From Leidyana gryllorum EB-2025a (lineage: Eukaryota; Protista; Apicomplexa), in the NCBI GenBank assembly GCA_048772705.1, contig JBLWGC010000121.1, forward strand, positions 186,001 through 250,000: a stretch of DNA of 64,000 nucleotides, in the 5' to 3' direction. This document shows positions 31,470-44,900 of the stretch, in pieces; positions within the stretch are counted from its first letter, which is position 1, and every line of letters begins with the position of its first letter. Made by a program: the position numbers and the translations under genes. The notes beneath the pieces are model-generated. The model worked only from the letters and a program-made list of their open reading frames with translations. It had not been told where the DNA came from and ran no database searches.

Positions 31470-34400
31470 ATGTCGGATGGACCCGTAGCTACAGTATGCC
31501 CAACCCCTGGAACCATTGGATTCGACTGCCTAGAATGTGCCCCAGGTTATATGCGCCGTTATTCTCGCTCTTGGGACGAAGGTGGTATCTGTGTCGAGTG
31601 TCCCAAAGCTGCGGTGACCTGGATCATAACCTCCTTTGTACTGCTCTTTGTCACTGTGGCGTGCATTGCTTTGGCAATGCTCACAATCAAAGCCGGGTAT
31701 TCGCGACGTTCCATTCATTCAATCGTCATCAAAATCGCACTTGCATATGCCGCTACTCTCCACACATACCATGCCAGTATGATGGGATTTGTTTCATCAT
31801 CTGGCATAGGGGCTGGATGGACACTCTTCCAGAACATGCAACGTTTCTTGGAACGCGTGGAGTTGTTACCATTTGAGTGCCTCCTCGGCACCTCCATAGT
31901 TGAAGCGTACCCCATCCGTTTCCTATACAGTTCTCTTCTATACTCTCTATTGCCTGTTTTTGTGATGGTCACGGCCACGGCCTTTTCTGCCATCCTCTAC
32001 TCTATTGCCAGGCCACGATACCTCCAGCGCGCACAACGCAGAGCCAAACTGGTTGATATGCTCAACGCAGCAACACTCACCAACAAAGCACTTGAAGTGG
32101 CGTTCGAAATTGATGCTCAACGCATATTAGGAATCTGGCGATATGCGGAAACCGTCCGACCATTGACACGCACGAAACGCGTGGGCCGCTTCTTGAAAGA
32201 CATGGTGAGTACTCACCCCTTCCCCAACACAGACACACAAACCCCAAGCAAACGCTGTGACGGGGCGGATCGGGTGACGGGAGGCGGCTGTGTTGATCTG
32301 TGGGCGTTTAACTGATGGCTTAGCACTGACTGCACCAGCGGCTTGTCGGGCAGCCGGTGTTTTCAATCGCACATCCGCGCACACACGTCTCCAACGATCC
32401 CGTATCCACTTTTGTCACAGCCACTGCTGCTGGGTGTTGCAGATCCCTGTTTATATTGTCACAGCTGTAACGCTATACACTACCGTGGTGACACGAGCCG
32501 GGTTACCACTCCAGTGCGAGCACTATTCTGCCGACGGCCGACTCAGGTGGGCAAACTTTGGACCGGTTCAGTTCCATAAAGCTATTCTTCGACTTTGCAG
32601 ATCAATTGCAGCGGCATCGGTGCAATGTACCACCAAAGATCCACATTTCCCCAAGTACCTGGCATTGGGGTTGTTGATGTGGATTGTATGGGGGATTGGC
32701 GTTCCTGTACTTTGTTTAATCATTATGTGGCGGCGTCGCAAAAACCTGTCGGACCTGAAAGTGCGTCAAGTGTATGGGTTCCTTCACAACGGCTATGAAG
32801 CCAAGAACTGGTACTGGGAATTCATTATCTTTTGTCGCAAGGCGTTTTCATTGGGAATAGTACTGGTCGAAGGAACCTTAGGACAGCCTTTCGTACTCAG
32901 CTGCAGTCTGGTAGCCGCCCTTTTATTCTTTCTCCTGCAGATCCGCATTGAACCCTACGACAAAAGGAACAGTGGCGTGTTGGGCCAGTCTGACACACTG
33001 GCCTTAACGGTCTGGGTGGCCTCCCTTTTGATAGCATTTGTGGTGAGTCTGCGACGCGGTGAATGGTTAAAAATGTGCTCTGCTGGGGATCTTTGTGTCT
33101 TTGCGACATTGTGACTGGGTGACTTTTCGACATTGTGACATTGTGGTGTGACCACCGCCTCTCTCTGTCACTTCATCATATTTCTGGTTGACAGCGGACG
33201 AAGGGACATGAAAATGTGATCAAGTCGTCCATCCCGGCAGCGCTAGCAATTCTCGCACTGAACCTTAGTTTCATCATCTATATAGCGTGGACTCTGTGGT
33301 GTGAGCTGTGCAATTGGGTGCGAAGTTCGCGACGTCGTCACAAGGTGAAGATTCTGAGATGGATTACTCAAAAGATGGCCGCGGCTGCGAAGAAGCGGAG
33401 GCGGAAAGAGCCTTCGCTGACACTAACGCCAGAGAGTGACACTGTACAGTTAGTGGCGGCAGCTCAGGAGCCGACGGCTCACGTGCCAGCCGGCGTGATT
33501 GGTAATGGGAGCCGGATTGGCGGAGGGGGTTTCATGAGTCCCCATGGTGACATGGGAGATTATGAGGACGAGGATGACGAGCGAGTGGGGGTTTCGGTAC
33601 CGACGATGGCGGATCAGCGGTATTTGATGAACATTGTCGCTGGGATTCACGGTTACTTTGTGCGGAATCTGCGAATGACAGAGTTCGGAGCAGACGCAAC
33701 GTTCTACGTGCTTCGTTATGCGTTGATCACCGCCAACACGGAGGCTGATCACAGAGCTTCGCAGCGCTTATTGGACTTACCTGAGGATAGGTATCAGGCG
33801 GTGGTGCATTCTTTGATTGAGCAGAGGCGTCAAGAGTACGAGGCCGAGAGGGAGAGAGCCGGAAGGCTGAGGCGGGAATTGGAAATGTACTTGAGTGGTC
33901 GACTGAACATCAAAGCAACACAGCCGAATGCAGAGTCGTATTTGAAGGCAGCAGTTCTCCACTCGGGAAGCGGCGGGGGCATCGATCAAGTGGCAGTTCA
34001 CCGATTGATTGAAGGGTCGCCCGAACTCAGAAGACCCCTAAAGGTGAGGAGCGGTTTACGGACCACACATTCTGGGAGCAGTTGGGAGATCTGTATGGCG
34101 CTCTATATCAGTTTGAGCAAGAAGGATTATCTGAGATGCATCGAGAAAAGTACCAACAGTTTGTTCTCCTCCAAGCGCTATGTCACGCGGAGGAGCTCCA
34201 GAGATTGGATGAGGAGCTCGAGCGATATCGCGGACTCAACAAGGTGATGTCAATGAGCGCAGTGAGTTCCTCATCGACCAATCTTGCAGACACTGGATGA
34301 GGCCATTGGTGACACGGACAGGTTGGATCTGTCTCCCGCAAAATTGACTCAGATGCAGCAGGTTCTATCGCGTCTCAAGGACAATATCGAGCGGGTGAGT

Positions 34401-34614
34401 GATCGAGTCAGTGATGTTCTGTTGAGAGGCGCTGCCGCAGATCGCCTTTTGCGCTCAATTTTGCAATCAGCGAGCTGGAGAGTTTGCAGACCTGTTGCTG
34501 GAGAGGGAGGAGCACGGCGTTAATATCTGGAGGTCTCAACTCTCCACCGCTTTCACAGGCGGCACGGAGGAGACTCAGCGAACCAAAGTCCGCGGCGGGA
34601 AGCTGGCAGGGTGA
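31470..34614 (+). CDS. Multipass membrane protein with short Cys-rich N-terminus and coiled-coil C-tail
   Basis: CLECAPGY..CVECP then TMs; YGFLHNGY...WYWEFIIFCRK motif of the TRP-like/CRMP-type TM domain; at least 6 introns; end approximate. Confidence 0.65.
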
Positions 34615-34655
34615 CGTGGTCTATCGGCGCACAGACCGGTATGCAGCCGCGATTC

Positions 34656-35258
34656 TCACAGTGAGTGGACTCCGCGACGGCCCCCAAAGTCTCCACCGGC
34701 GAGGATACCGCCGGATTGAGCGAGCGAGTCCTCGATAATGACGTCTTGGGCAGCGACGTTCCTGAGAGCGCTCTTTTTGCTGCTTTCGATGCATCTGCCG
34801 TCTGAGTGAGATTTTGATGATAGATAGATGTTGAGTTTGAGGAGATTTCGCGTACCGATCATTAGTTCGTCGAGCATCATGTGGACTTTGTGGAAGTTGA
34901 AAATGAGATCGAGTTCACATGCGTTGCCGAAATATCGGTCGAGAACTTCGACAAAGTGGTGAATGAAGCCGAGTCCCAAAAGTTCGTTATCATCATCATC
35001 ACAGCCAATTATAAAGTACATTGAGGCATAGCTGATGTGAAGGTTTGATGTTGGAAGTGCGTTGAGCCGTCAGTACCGTTTATATACGACTTTATATTCA
35101 TTCGTTTCGATGACATGAGCTGCGCCGATTGGGCGGTTGATCACATTTTGAGTTATTTCTTTTACGAGACGCGGTCGATTGCTGACCGGAATCGGGGCGT
35201 AAAACTTCTCAAGTCGAGACTTTCCCAATCTCGATGACAGAATAACAAACTTGATCAT
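34656..35258 (-). CDS. AP1S: Clathrin adaptor complex sigma subunit (most like AP-1 sigma)
   Basis: GKSRLEKFY, KVVYKRY-ASMYF, NELL, IHHFVEVLDRYFGNACELDLIFNFHK; two introns. Confidence 0.9.
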
Positions 35259-35358
35259 CGTCAGGTCGCTGAACACCAATAAAGAAGCGGCTGGGATCCT
35301 TGTCTTGTCGCCCAAAATGCCCGATTCCCGCTAGTAAAAATTTGCACGCGTCTGATCT

Positions 35359-35566
35359 ATGGGCATCCAGCAACCCGCCGCTCCCCACTCCTGCAAGGGT
35401 AACCGCCGCTGGTGAGTACTACGTTTCCCTTTCGCCCTTATTACTACTTGAATCGTGCAGCCGGGTCTGCAGCAACAGACAAGGGCTCATCCGGAAGTAC
35501 GACATCATGATGTGCCGTCAATGTTTCCGCACCAAGGCCACCGAGATCGGGTTCCACAAATACTGA
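35359..35566 (+). CDS. RPS29: 40S ribosomal protein S29 (uS14), copy A; join 35359..35411, 35461..35566
   Basis: [24 protein letters not shown]...IGFHKY, 52 aa. Confidence 0.95.
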
Positions 35567-36019
35567 TAGCCCCCGCCGTGCCCACGTGTGTTTGATAGTC
35601 ACAATCATTTCACTGCCAAACCGATCAAAGCACTACCAACACACACTCCAAGTCACCACTGATCATATTCGGCCATCGGCGCCGTTTACATCTCCCATTA
35701 CCCCATTGTCCTGGTCCTCAATCACATATGACACTCACCACACCCTCATTGACCAGATGCTATGGTTCCTTCCCACTCCCCTTCTCAATTATGCTGCGCG
35801 TCATCTCACCGAATGTTCCCTTACCCACGTGTGCCGACCCCAGCAGGCGTCCCTGGCCTTCCAGAACGCTCTGTTCGGTGTCCGAGTGGTCCGGGCAACC
35901 CGCCGGCCGACTCGGTGACCTTTCAGACCAGTTCACTTAGCCGACTGACTCTACCAATATAGACACAACGTTTGACTTGGAGCCCAAAACCACAAAACGG
36001 TCGCCAAATTTTTCAAGTC

Positions 36020-36225
36020 ATGGGCATCCAGCAACCCGCTGCTCCCCACTCCTGCAAGGGTAACCGCCGCTGGTAAGACAACTTATTGCGAAGCTCTATT
36101 ATGTTTCTTCCGCTTCTAGCCGGGTGTGCTCCAACAGGCAAGGACTTATCAGGAAGTACGACATCATGATGTGCCGTCAATGCTTCCGCACCAAGGCCAC
36201 CGAGATCGGCTTCCACAAGTACTAG
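36020..36225 (+). CDS. RPS29: 40S ribosomal protein S29 (uS14), copy B; join 36020..36072, 36120..36225
   Basis: Same 52-aa protein and intron position; absent from ORF track. Confidence 0.95.
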
Positions 36226-36657
36226 GAACCTCCGTGTTGTTTTCTTGTTTCGGTTGAGAATCACACAACCATCAACATTATAAACATCACTAACTCCCGG
36301 TTTCAAATCACACCGAAACTCAACAACACCAAAGTGGGCGTCGTTGAGAGCCCATCCCGTGAATAGAATCAGAGAGCTAAAGAGCTCTTGGGCTGTAAAT
36401 GGGTATCAAGCAAAGTGGTAATAGCAATGTCGAGTCCATCTGCTGCAAGCACTTAAGCCTCCACAAGCCATAGTGGCAGCGCAGACAGCCGCGAGGCGGC
36501 GCGGGGTTGCTACCGTCAGCATTGGCCAGCTGAACACGTGTGTGTGTGGTCTGTGGGTAAAGTAGTTAGACATCCAGATTCGGGATGGCCACTGTTCAAT
36601 AACGGAACCGTACGAGAAACGTATATCCGCCAGATGCAAAATCTGCGGGTTGAAAAA

Positions 36658-37380
36658 ATGTCCCATCCCTACGATGACGAAGACTTCTTCAACGCGTATG
36701 CCATGTTGCCCCGCCAAGCCGAGGGGCTAGCGGGGGCTGGAGAATGGCACGCTCTGAAGCTGTTGCTGCCGGCGTTCTTGGGGCAGAAAGTTCTGGATTT
36801 GGGTTGTGGTTATGGTTGGCACTGTAAGTATGCGGTGGACGAAGGTGCTGAAGAAGTAATTGGCATAGACGCATCATACCGTATGATAGCCGAGGCCATG
36901 AAACGACATTCGCACCCCAAAATCACATATGACTGCGTGCGATTCGAGGATTACGATTACCCAACTGCGACATTCGACACTGTTATGAGCGTACTGGCTC
37001 TGCATTACACGGAGCACTACGCCAAAGTGGTTCAATTGGTGTACCGAGCATTGAAGCCGGGGGGAACATTCGTTTTCATGATCGAGCATCCCGTGAACAC
37101 GGCTGAGGGCTCTCAAAGATGGATACTGGATGATAAGGGGGAGCGCAAGCATTGGCCTGTTGATCGATACTTCGAAGAAGGTCCACGGGAGCCATTATTT
37201 TGTGGCTATCCAGTGACGAAGTATCATCGAACACTCCAGACTTACATCAACACGCTGTTGGGTACGGGCTTCAAGCTGAATCGTATTTTGGAGCCAACAC
37301 CAGATTTGGCCGTGCATCCAGACTGGACGGACGAGTTCCGCAAGCCTATCTTTTTGGCGATTTCGGTCACCAAAGTTTGA
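36658..37380 (+). CDS. Class I SAM-dependent methyltransferase, bacterial-like, 240 aa
   Basis: VLDLGCGYG, GIDAS, FDTVMSVLALHY, LKPGGTFVF; intronless; AAAAAATG start. Confidence 0.9.
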   Translation: MSHPYDDEDFFNAYAMLPRQAEGLAGAGEWHALKLLLPAFLGQKVLDLGCGYGWHCKYAVDEGAEEVIGIDASYRMIAEAMKRHSHPKITYDCVRFEDYDYPTATFDTVMSVLALHYTEHYAKVVQLVYRALKPGGTFVFMIEHPVNTAEGSQRWILDDKGERKHWPVDRYFEEGPREPLFCGYPVTKYHRTLQTYINTLLGTGFKLNRILEPTPDLAVHPDWTDEFRKPIFLAISVTKV

Positions 37381-37511
37381 CGACTTTGCCGCTCTGAGCA
37401 GGAGCGATTTTTTACCACGGACTTGCGGGCCGATTGGTGTTTAATCGTTTTTCTTGATAGGATGTCTTGGGTTTCTAAATGTGAGCGATTTGCTAAGTGT
37501 AGTAATTTAAT

Positions 37512-39454
37512 TTAACTGGGGACTGCTGGGGAGGGAGGTCCCTGCTTCTCAGCCCCACCAGGAAGGAAGTCCCACTTGATCCAGGTGGTCTCCTTTGTTC
37601 CTGTGACTTCAGCCACGGTCTCCGGTAACTGCTCGCGGAAAAACCAGACGTCCAATACTTCAGCATCAGCTTCAGTGAGACGGTGTTCGCCGTCCATTAT
37701 CATCGGGGATGGGATCGGAGTCATCACGGGGGTGTTTGGCACTGATTTCTGCACAATGCTCAACGGGTTGGGCGAAGGGATGTTCACATCTATGGTCACG
37801 GGATCTTCTAGTCGAGGGAAGGGCTCATGGTGATAAACCTCCTCAGTATAAGGGAACATTGTCGGGGACGGAGGGAATGTTGCGTCAGGGGGGATAGGTG
37901 AGAATCTGGGAGGCCCAGTGAAGTGGGCCCCACTGCTCATTAACGCCGCATCTGGCGCTGGGTTCAGGCCCGTAGGGGTGATCCCGGAAGGGGCTGTTGC
38001 TATAATTTGAGGAATTTCAGACGGGCTCAACGGCGCCGGAGAAGGGTTCTGCTGCTGCTGGTGTCCAAGATGACGCATTGGAGCTTGTTTCCGTCGCTGA
38101 TCTTCCAGGATCTCCTTCAAAATCTTATCTTCTTCGCCTTTCATCTTCACATGCACTGCTTTCCAACTGTGCTCGATATTGTGTCACATGTGCCACAGCT
38201 AAAACAGGACACCGCGGGGACTGATCCCCACCGCCCCCAGCACGGCTCCAACACCCATTGTTGCAGCCACGACAAAACCGGCACCCAGCGTCCATATTGT
38301 CCTCCGCATTGACCCCCCGTTTTCAGTCACCTTTGTCTTTTCCGAACTCTGTATTTGATGTCCGAACTTGGGAGGCTGAGTGGGACGGAAGGTTAGGAAG
38401 TGTTGATCCAAAGCGGAAGATCGTTCCACTCCGTCACTCGTGATGCGAATCTCGTGACTCCCGGGCTCACATGCGCCGTAAATAACTCGGCGACAGTTGC
38501 CGCGGTCCGGGTGCTGATTGATAAACCCGGCCAGAGTGTAAACTGCTGCCCTCAAACTCAATAGATCGCGACTAATCACACTGATAACTCGCTCTCCACA
38601 CGCAGATTCGTCAGCCACAAACAAAGGACTGATGTGGATATGAGCCGACGTACCGTGACGTAGTTTCTGTATGTGTCCACCGTTCCGTCCTATGATGGTG
38701 CCCACCACTTTTCGAGGAACTGCCAACTTCACCATCGGTTTGTCCTCACGAATCGATACCACAGACTGACTCAACGTGTGCTGGAAGTGCTCAAAAACCA
38801 CACCCGCCACATATCGGGCCATTCGCCAAACATCGTTGATCTGCGGTGATCGAACTGCTACCACTCGGTTCTTTGTCCCCGGGAAATATTTCCGAGGGGG
38901 CGATATGTACTGTCCTCCGTACCGTCAACATTATGCTCAAATCTTTCTTCACTCACCACAGAAGCGCTGCCGATCAGCTGACCCCGTATCTCAGCATCCT
39001 TGAGATCACGAACTATTCTATCTGCCACCGTTCCGGGAACCAGAAGCTTCAGAAACATGAAACCCGACGCCCGCGTTCGATAGAATGTGTTGAAATCCTG
39101 AAATGCATCGCATTTCGGCATCATATTGTCGTTTCCCCTCGGACTCGAACCAAACGTCCGATCAAACGCCAACTCGTCGCCATTCAGCGATGCCAAAGAC
39201 GTCATCGGCCGTTGGTCACCCGCCAAAGGAAACGCTGACTCCTCCTCGAAGTGATATCCTTCGAGATCGCGCTTCAGAGCTTCGCCGACAAAGTCCTCCG
39301 TCGTTTGTTGAGGTAACGAAGATACCGCTGAATGACATCGACTCCAAAAGTTGTCATCCCGCAGTGTACGCCAGCTGCGTTTGGATAAGCGTTCCGGTCC
39401 CCACTGACTCTCAGAGACATGCGTCGCTTTGTAAACTCCTTCCTGGTAGCTCAT
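37512..39454 (-). CDS. KH-domain RNA-binding protein (Nova/PCBP-like), multi-exon
   Basis: VKLAVPRKVVGTIIGRNGGHIQKLR...ERVISV; upstream degenerate KH (LKLLVP...YFPGTKNRVV); Pro-rich tail; joins approximate. Confidence 0.7.
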
Positions 39455-39480
39455 CTTCGTAACATGCCACCCGTGTGGGG

Positions 39481-40152
39481 TCACTCGTCTTGCACGATCT
39501 CCCGTAGAATCTCTTCCAAGTCGTTTCTTTGTATACTCGAGGGCATCCGAGGCAGTGGGAATAACACCTTCGCAAGTGCAAAAGCGTCAAACAGGTCCGG
39601 ACGCCGTATAGCTATCTCCCGTAGCAAAGCCTCCTTCTCTTTCTTTTTAAACGCCTTCATCGGGTCCTTAAACCACATTCTGAACTTCTGCCACTTGTTC
39701 ATTATCGGCAATTTCCCACATCTCCAAGTCTCAGGGTTCAGATACTCAAAACCAAATAAACCACACAGATCCCACCCAACGGTGTCAATCGCTGTCAAGT
39801 CAATCAACCAACTTCTCATCATCTGCTGCTGACTCACCTTCTTCCACCGCCCCAGTTTCCGCAAATAATGGGCTCAATATAGGCCAGTACAACTCCTCTT
39901 CCAGGGCTAAGGACCGAATGCAGAATCAAGAATTATCGACTCTCACATACCACTGACCAGAGCCTGAATATCCCGCTCCAACAAGGGTTTCTGGAGCGAG
40001 TGATCAGCACTCTCGATCCGGAACATCAAATCCGTTTCTTCGTCGTTGTCCACCCACTCATGCAATCTATCCGCCAGTCGATCCCAAGATGTCACAATCT
40101 GATCCTCACAAATCACGTAATTGACCAAGACAACACACAAAATCGCCTTCAT
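39481..40152 (-). CDS. Predicted secreted hypothetical protein (spliced)
   Basis: MKAILCVVLVNYVIC signal-like start; GTATGT donor near 39950; last exon ends 39481. Confidence 0.45.
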
Positions 40153-40616
40153 ATCGAGACACACACGTGTGTGTCCCTCAAATCGAGCATCGGCCAAAGC
40201 GACAAAATGTTAAATGGCCACGTCGCCAATCCAAACCAGCAATGAATATGAACCCTTCCCGGCGCGCCTGCGATGTTACAGAGCCACCACCGTGGGAGAT
40301 GGAATTGGTATATACTGTGGCCTGTAATTTTCACTCAAATGATAGCTGTGCAAATACACTTCAGCCCTCACACTGTGTCAATATATCGCATATGCCATTT
40401 TTATGGTATGTTAATAGTCCACAGAAAGATAATCATATAAACAAATACACAAGAAACGTGGAGCACAATTGAAAAAATGAGTCAAATTAGTAAGATCGTA
40501 TGCTGATCGATAACCTCGACGATAGCGCCACATGCAATATCTACCGTCAAGATCAAAACCATATCCATCCGTGGAGGACACGGATATGCCAAAACAGTGG
40601 ACGCCACAGCGAGCTT

Positions 40617-41828
40617 CTATGGCTGTTGTTCCGTCATGCTGTTGGCCAAAACGTGCAGCACCTGGCCCATGGCCCTGGGATCCAATTCTCTGGCCAGGCG
40701 CCCAATCAGATCCGGATTGCTCAAAATATGTTGAGCTCCATTGCTAGGACTTGGCGCTCGCTGGGGCTGGACTCTGGGGGTTGGGGAAGCTTCAGATGCG
40801 GTCGGAGTCGCTTTGCGGTCCAGAACCAAAGATTCATGCTGCACAACAGTTCTAGGCGGGGAATTCGTTAGCATCAACAGATCACGGTGTTGACTCGGAC
40901 GTGATTCTGGGACGGGGGTTGCGGGTTGTGGTGCGAATAATTCAGATAGGCGATGGGGATCTGCCGCTGGTTCGGTGGGAAGACGTGTAGATACCACCTC
41001 TTGCAGCTCGACCGGGCCGCTTTGAACAGGTCCAGATGTGGCATCCTCGTAGGGAAAATCCACGTACGCGTTAACAAGTGGTCTCCTCCTGTTATTGTTG
41101 CTCGAAGCGCGGGTTCCAGAGGCCGTTGGGTCCTCAGTAGTTGGTACACGATCGCCAGTGGAAGGGGCACGTTGAGCCGCAGCCAGCGCGGCATTCTTGG
41201 CCACCATCATCGCATAATCATTTGCATTCTGGAACGGCACAATACCTTCTTCCACCATGCGGAATGCGATCTCAGCCTCTTGGTTCCGACGTAGGGATGC
41301 CAGACGCCTCTCCTGACGCTGGCGGCGGTGTTTGCGGATACGTTTCCAAGTCCTAGGGAAATACCAAGCGAACATGAATTTGGCAAATTTCACAGGGTTA
41401 GTTTCCTCCAGTCCGTAGGTAGCCGCGACGGTTGCGCGCCCTAGACCCCAGCCGGGAAAGAGGACGCGAAGCATGAAGAGCATCAAACGGATTATGCGAA
41501 TTCCACCACGACATACCACACAGAAACTGGACATACGAAGACCACATACGAAAGTGGTGCCCAAGATCAAACCTAGCGCCACAATGAAGAACACTGGAGG
41601 TGGTACGCCGTGTTCCGACACGATGTAGAGGAAGTGAGCAAAGTTCTGTGGTCCTTCGGGTCCATATTTCTCAGCACGTAAGATTCCTGGCCAACTTTCC
41701 GGAGGACCCGGAAAAAGCACATTCATCCAATAAAATGGGTTGAAGGCATTCGATTCCACTGGGAAGTGCTGCATGACATCTGTGGAGCTACGCAAAGATC
41801 CGGTGGGCAAAATATTAACTCGCTCCAT
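40617..41828 (-). CDS. Membrane protein with basic coil and low-complexity tail
   Basis: About 400-aa ORF; hydrophobic segments PVFFIVALGLILGTTFVCGL and IIRLMLFMLRVLF. Confidence 0.6.
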   Translation of the reverse strand: MERVNILPTGSLRSSTDVMQHFPVESNAFNPFYWMNVLFPGPPESWPGILRAEKYGPEGPQNFAHFLYIVSEHGVPPPVFFIVALGLILGTTFVCGLRMSSFCVVCRGGIRIIRLMLFMLRVLFPGWGLGRATVAATYGLEETNPVKFAKFMFAWYFPRTWKRIRKHRRQRQERRLASLRRNQEAEIAFRMVEEGIVPFQNANDYAMMVAKNAALAAAQRAPSTGDRVPTTEDPTASGTRASSNNNRRRPLVNAYVDFPYEDATSGPVQSGPVELQEVVSTRLPTEPAADPHRLSELFAPQPATPVPESRPSQHRDLLMLTNSPPRTVVQHESLVLDRKATPTASEASPTPRVQPQRAPSPSNGAQHILSNPDLIGRLARELDPRAMGQVLHVLANSMTEQQP

Positions 41829-41918
41829 GATGCGTGCGCGTCTCAAACGTGTGTTCTACGAACAATCGCACAAACGGAAACATGTTGCAGAAGGCGATAG
41901 GATGTAAAAATAGCATGA

Positions 41919-44900
41919 TCAGACCCCAAATATACTGTTAAGCTCGGCAGGAGGTACTCGGAAAGTGTATACATTTCCGTCTCTCCGTTCCAGAGTTTGT
42001 TGGCGTTGAGAAGCGCGAACCCTTTGTGTTAGCAATTCACTAGTCACAGTTGGGGACATAGGCAGGATGGAATAGGTGTTAAGCCTCACCGCAGATCGCC
42101 AACAACACTGGCGTTGATATTGAAAAAACAGTGTCGCAAGCCATGGACATTAGCGTCCAGGTAGGTACAATCAATAACATCAAGATCTGTGTGGTGATCG
42201 CGGGGCGGACAGACGGTATTGACTCACCGAGCCATTCATAGGCCACCTTGTGTCGTTGAGCTTGATCCTCGTCATCGGAAGTATCGCCGCTGTCGGATCT
42301 TGACGAGCTCGAGGCGCTGCTACGCGGGGTTTCAGGAGTGAAAACGGGCAGAACTTCCAGGCTTTGAGCGGTACGAGAAGTATTTGAGTACCCTTGGAAT
42401 GATACCTGAGGACTATTGAGTCCACTGCTTGGATTATTGTTTCGTGCTCGCATTCGAAAGTGGTCAGGTGACCTTCCTTGAGGGTCCGGTTCTATTTTGG
42501 AGAAGGATGTGGCGTGGGGCGATGAGGCGGACACAGTGGTGGACCGGGCGGGCTCGAGTCCTGCGCTCGGTCGTCCAGGAATGGAGCGTTTGTGTAGCCG
42601 CTTGCCCATCCGTGGGGGTTCAGGTTTGGTTCGAATGTATCCAAAAGGATGCTTTCCCATGCATTTGCGCCCACGACTGAGTATTTCTGCCGATGCCAAG
42701 GCTTCGTCGTTGGCGTGGCAATAGACAGTGGTTTGCGTGGCGTACTTGTGGGATTGATCGTAGCCCTGCAGATGTTGATGGAATCGCAAGCTGACATTCA
42801 AGTCTGGGCACATACCCCGCCCGTGACATAGTCGTCCAGATAGTGTTCAGGGTGGAGAAAGACCAGATTGGCCAGATCCAGAAGCCCTCTGGGAGTACTG
42901 CCCTGTGCTCGTCGTCTGTCCGATGTGATCAGATGTTTGAGCGAGTTGGGGACGAAGAGGTTCTCTCTGCCGGTTGGTTGGGATACGAAGTGCAGGTTTG
43001 GGAGGCTAACTCACTGCTCAGCATATCGCAATGAATTCAAGAAGAGTCGCGAACCCATACTGTGGGCTAAGATATGCACTGTCCGAACACCTGCGAAATC
43101 AGTTTGAGTGGGTACGACGGAGGGAGGGCTGGAACGGGGCATCGGACTGTGTGAGCCATTGATTGAGTTTATCGCCCACCTCTGTCGGCGAGGCTTTTCA
43201 GGAAGAAGACTAAGCCTTTCTGACACAGATAATGGTGGGAGGCTCGGCGCGCCTGATAGTAGTGCCAGACTTTGACTCCGGCCGGCCACAGAAACATGAA
43301 GGGTTTGATGCGATTGGGGAATCCTCCCAGGGCGATGAGTTGACCGAGTAGGAGTGGGGCCTCGTTCAGAGGGGTTTTGTAGCCGTGGATGAAGACCATT
43401 GCTTCCATATCGGTGTTGTCGCCGCCGACTTCCCGCCATCCCGGGACAGCCATACTGAGTTGGAAGGGGTTCCGATTGGTGTTGTTGAGTCCATCAAAGT
43501 TTTGTGTCCATAAATAGTCATCGGTGTTGGCGGCTGCGGGGGGATTGGGGATACAAATAGAGCCGCGACGCCGCTCCATCAACTCAATGACCAAACTCGA
43601 TACCATCCAGGATTTTTCCCTGGCTGACTGTTCGTTGATAGAGCATTGGCGCCACGAACTCCTTCGTTCGGGCGCCTTGACCCATCCATGAGGGACCAAC
43701 CCCCGCTGGGGGTCGAGACTGACTCGAAGTTCCTCGCTCCCATGAACTTCGGCATATGTGACTGGGATCTGACAAACAGTGTTTCCACACGACTCCACAA
43801 CGGCAGACAGATACACACTCACGTGATACGGCAGCATCCGATCGACAACCCAGTGAACCTTCTCATTACACAGTTGGACCGTTTGTTCAGTCGCCCGTCG
43901 GCCCTCTAGAGTGATCTTCCGACTCCCAGATCGCACAAACTCTTTTGCGCTTCCACTCAAACCTCTTTTACGACTCGCACCACCTGTGAGCATCCGAGTG
44001 GCGATCGATAGTGACTCGTACGCTTCTGTGACAAACTCTCTGCAAGCAGATTTACTGAGAAACTCTTTGATGCCACTTAGTGCGCACCTTTTGGAGTGTC
44101 GTTTGGTGTTTGGCTCTGCTTCGAGGTAAGAGAACGACGACATTCTATTGTTTAGTCCTAAGGCTGGGCGGACGCGGCTGTATGTGTGGCCCGGGGCCTT
44201 TGGGGAGGCCGTAGGAGATGTTTGAGTGGGGAACTTCCAGTACACAAACTTGGGAAACTTGCGGAAGAACTTGCCGAAGATCGAACATTCGACGTCCAAC
44301 AAACCTTTCAGGACAGCAGATGAGGGTAAAGGGCATCGGAGGAGATTACCAAACTCGAAATTGCTCTCTTCGAGTCTCTCATCGTCGATTTCCATTGTCG
44401 TCTTGTTGTAGACCTGAGCCCGGGACGTCTTGGTGACAAACTCGAAACGAACCCAGCCGAAGCGCAGAGCCGTGAATCCACTCCCACACGCGTTCTGGCG
44501 CGACATGAAGGGAGCCACCGGACGGCCTGCGTGCATTGGGACGTGCGGCTGTGGTGGAAGTTAGTCAGCAGCTCACCGAATTCCCAGTTGCCGTTGAGGT
44601 ATTCACCAAAGCGAGCGCCCCAACCCTCCTGCCATATTCCACAGCCGTGAGGGCGCAGGAGGTCGTCGACTTGTCCGACATAGACACAGCTGAAGGGACA
44701 GCAGGGCGCTATGGGCGCTGTGGATACTCCGGGCGGTAGATAGGCCTCGGTGGGGGCAAAGACAACATTGCGGCGGTGGACGAGGAATTGATAGAGGCGG
44801 TGTGCTCGTTTGCGGAACGTCCATTCACCTTTGCAGTTCCCAAATGGACACGCCCGAATGGTGACTAATCCGCGGCGGGCCTCCAGCAACTGCAAGTCCC

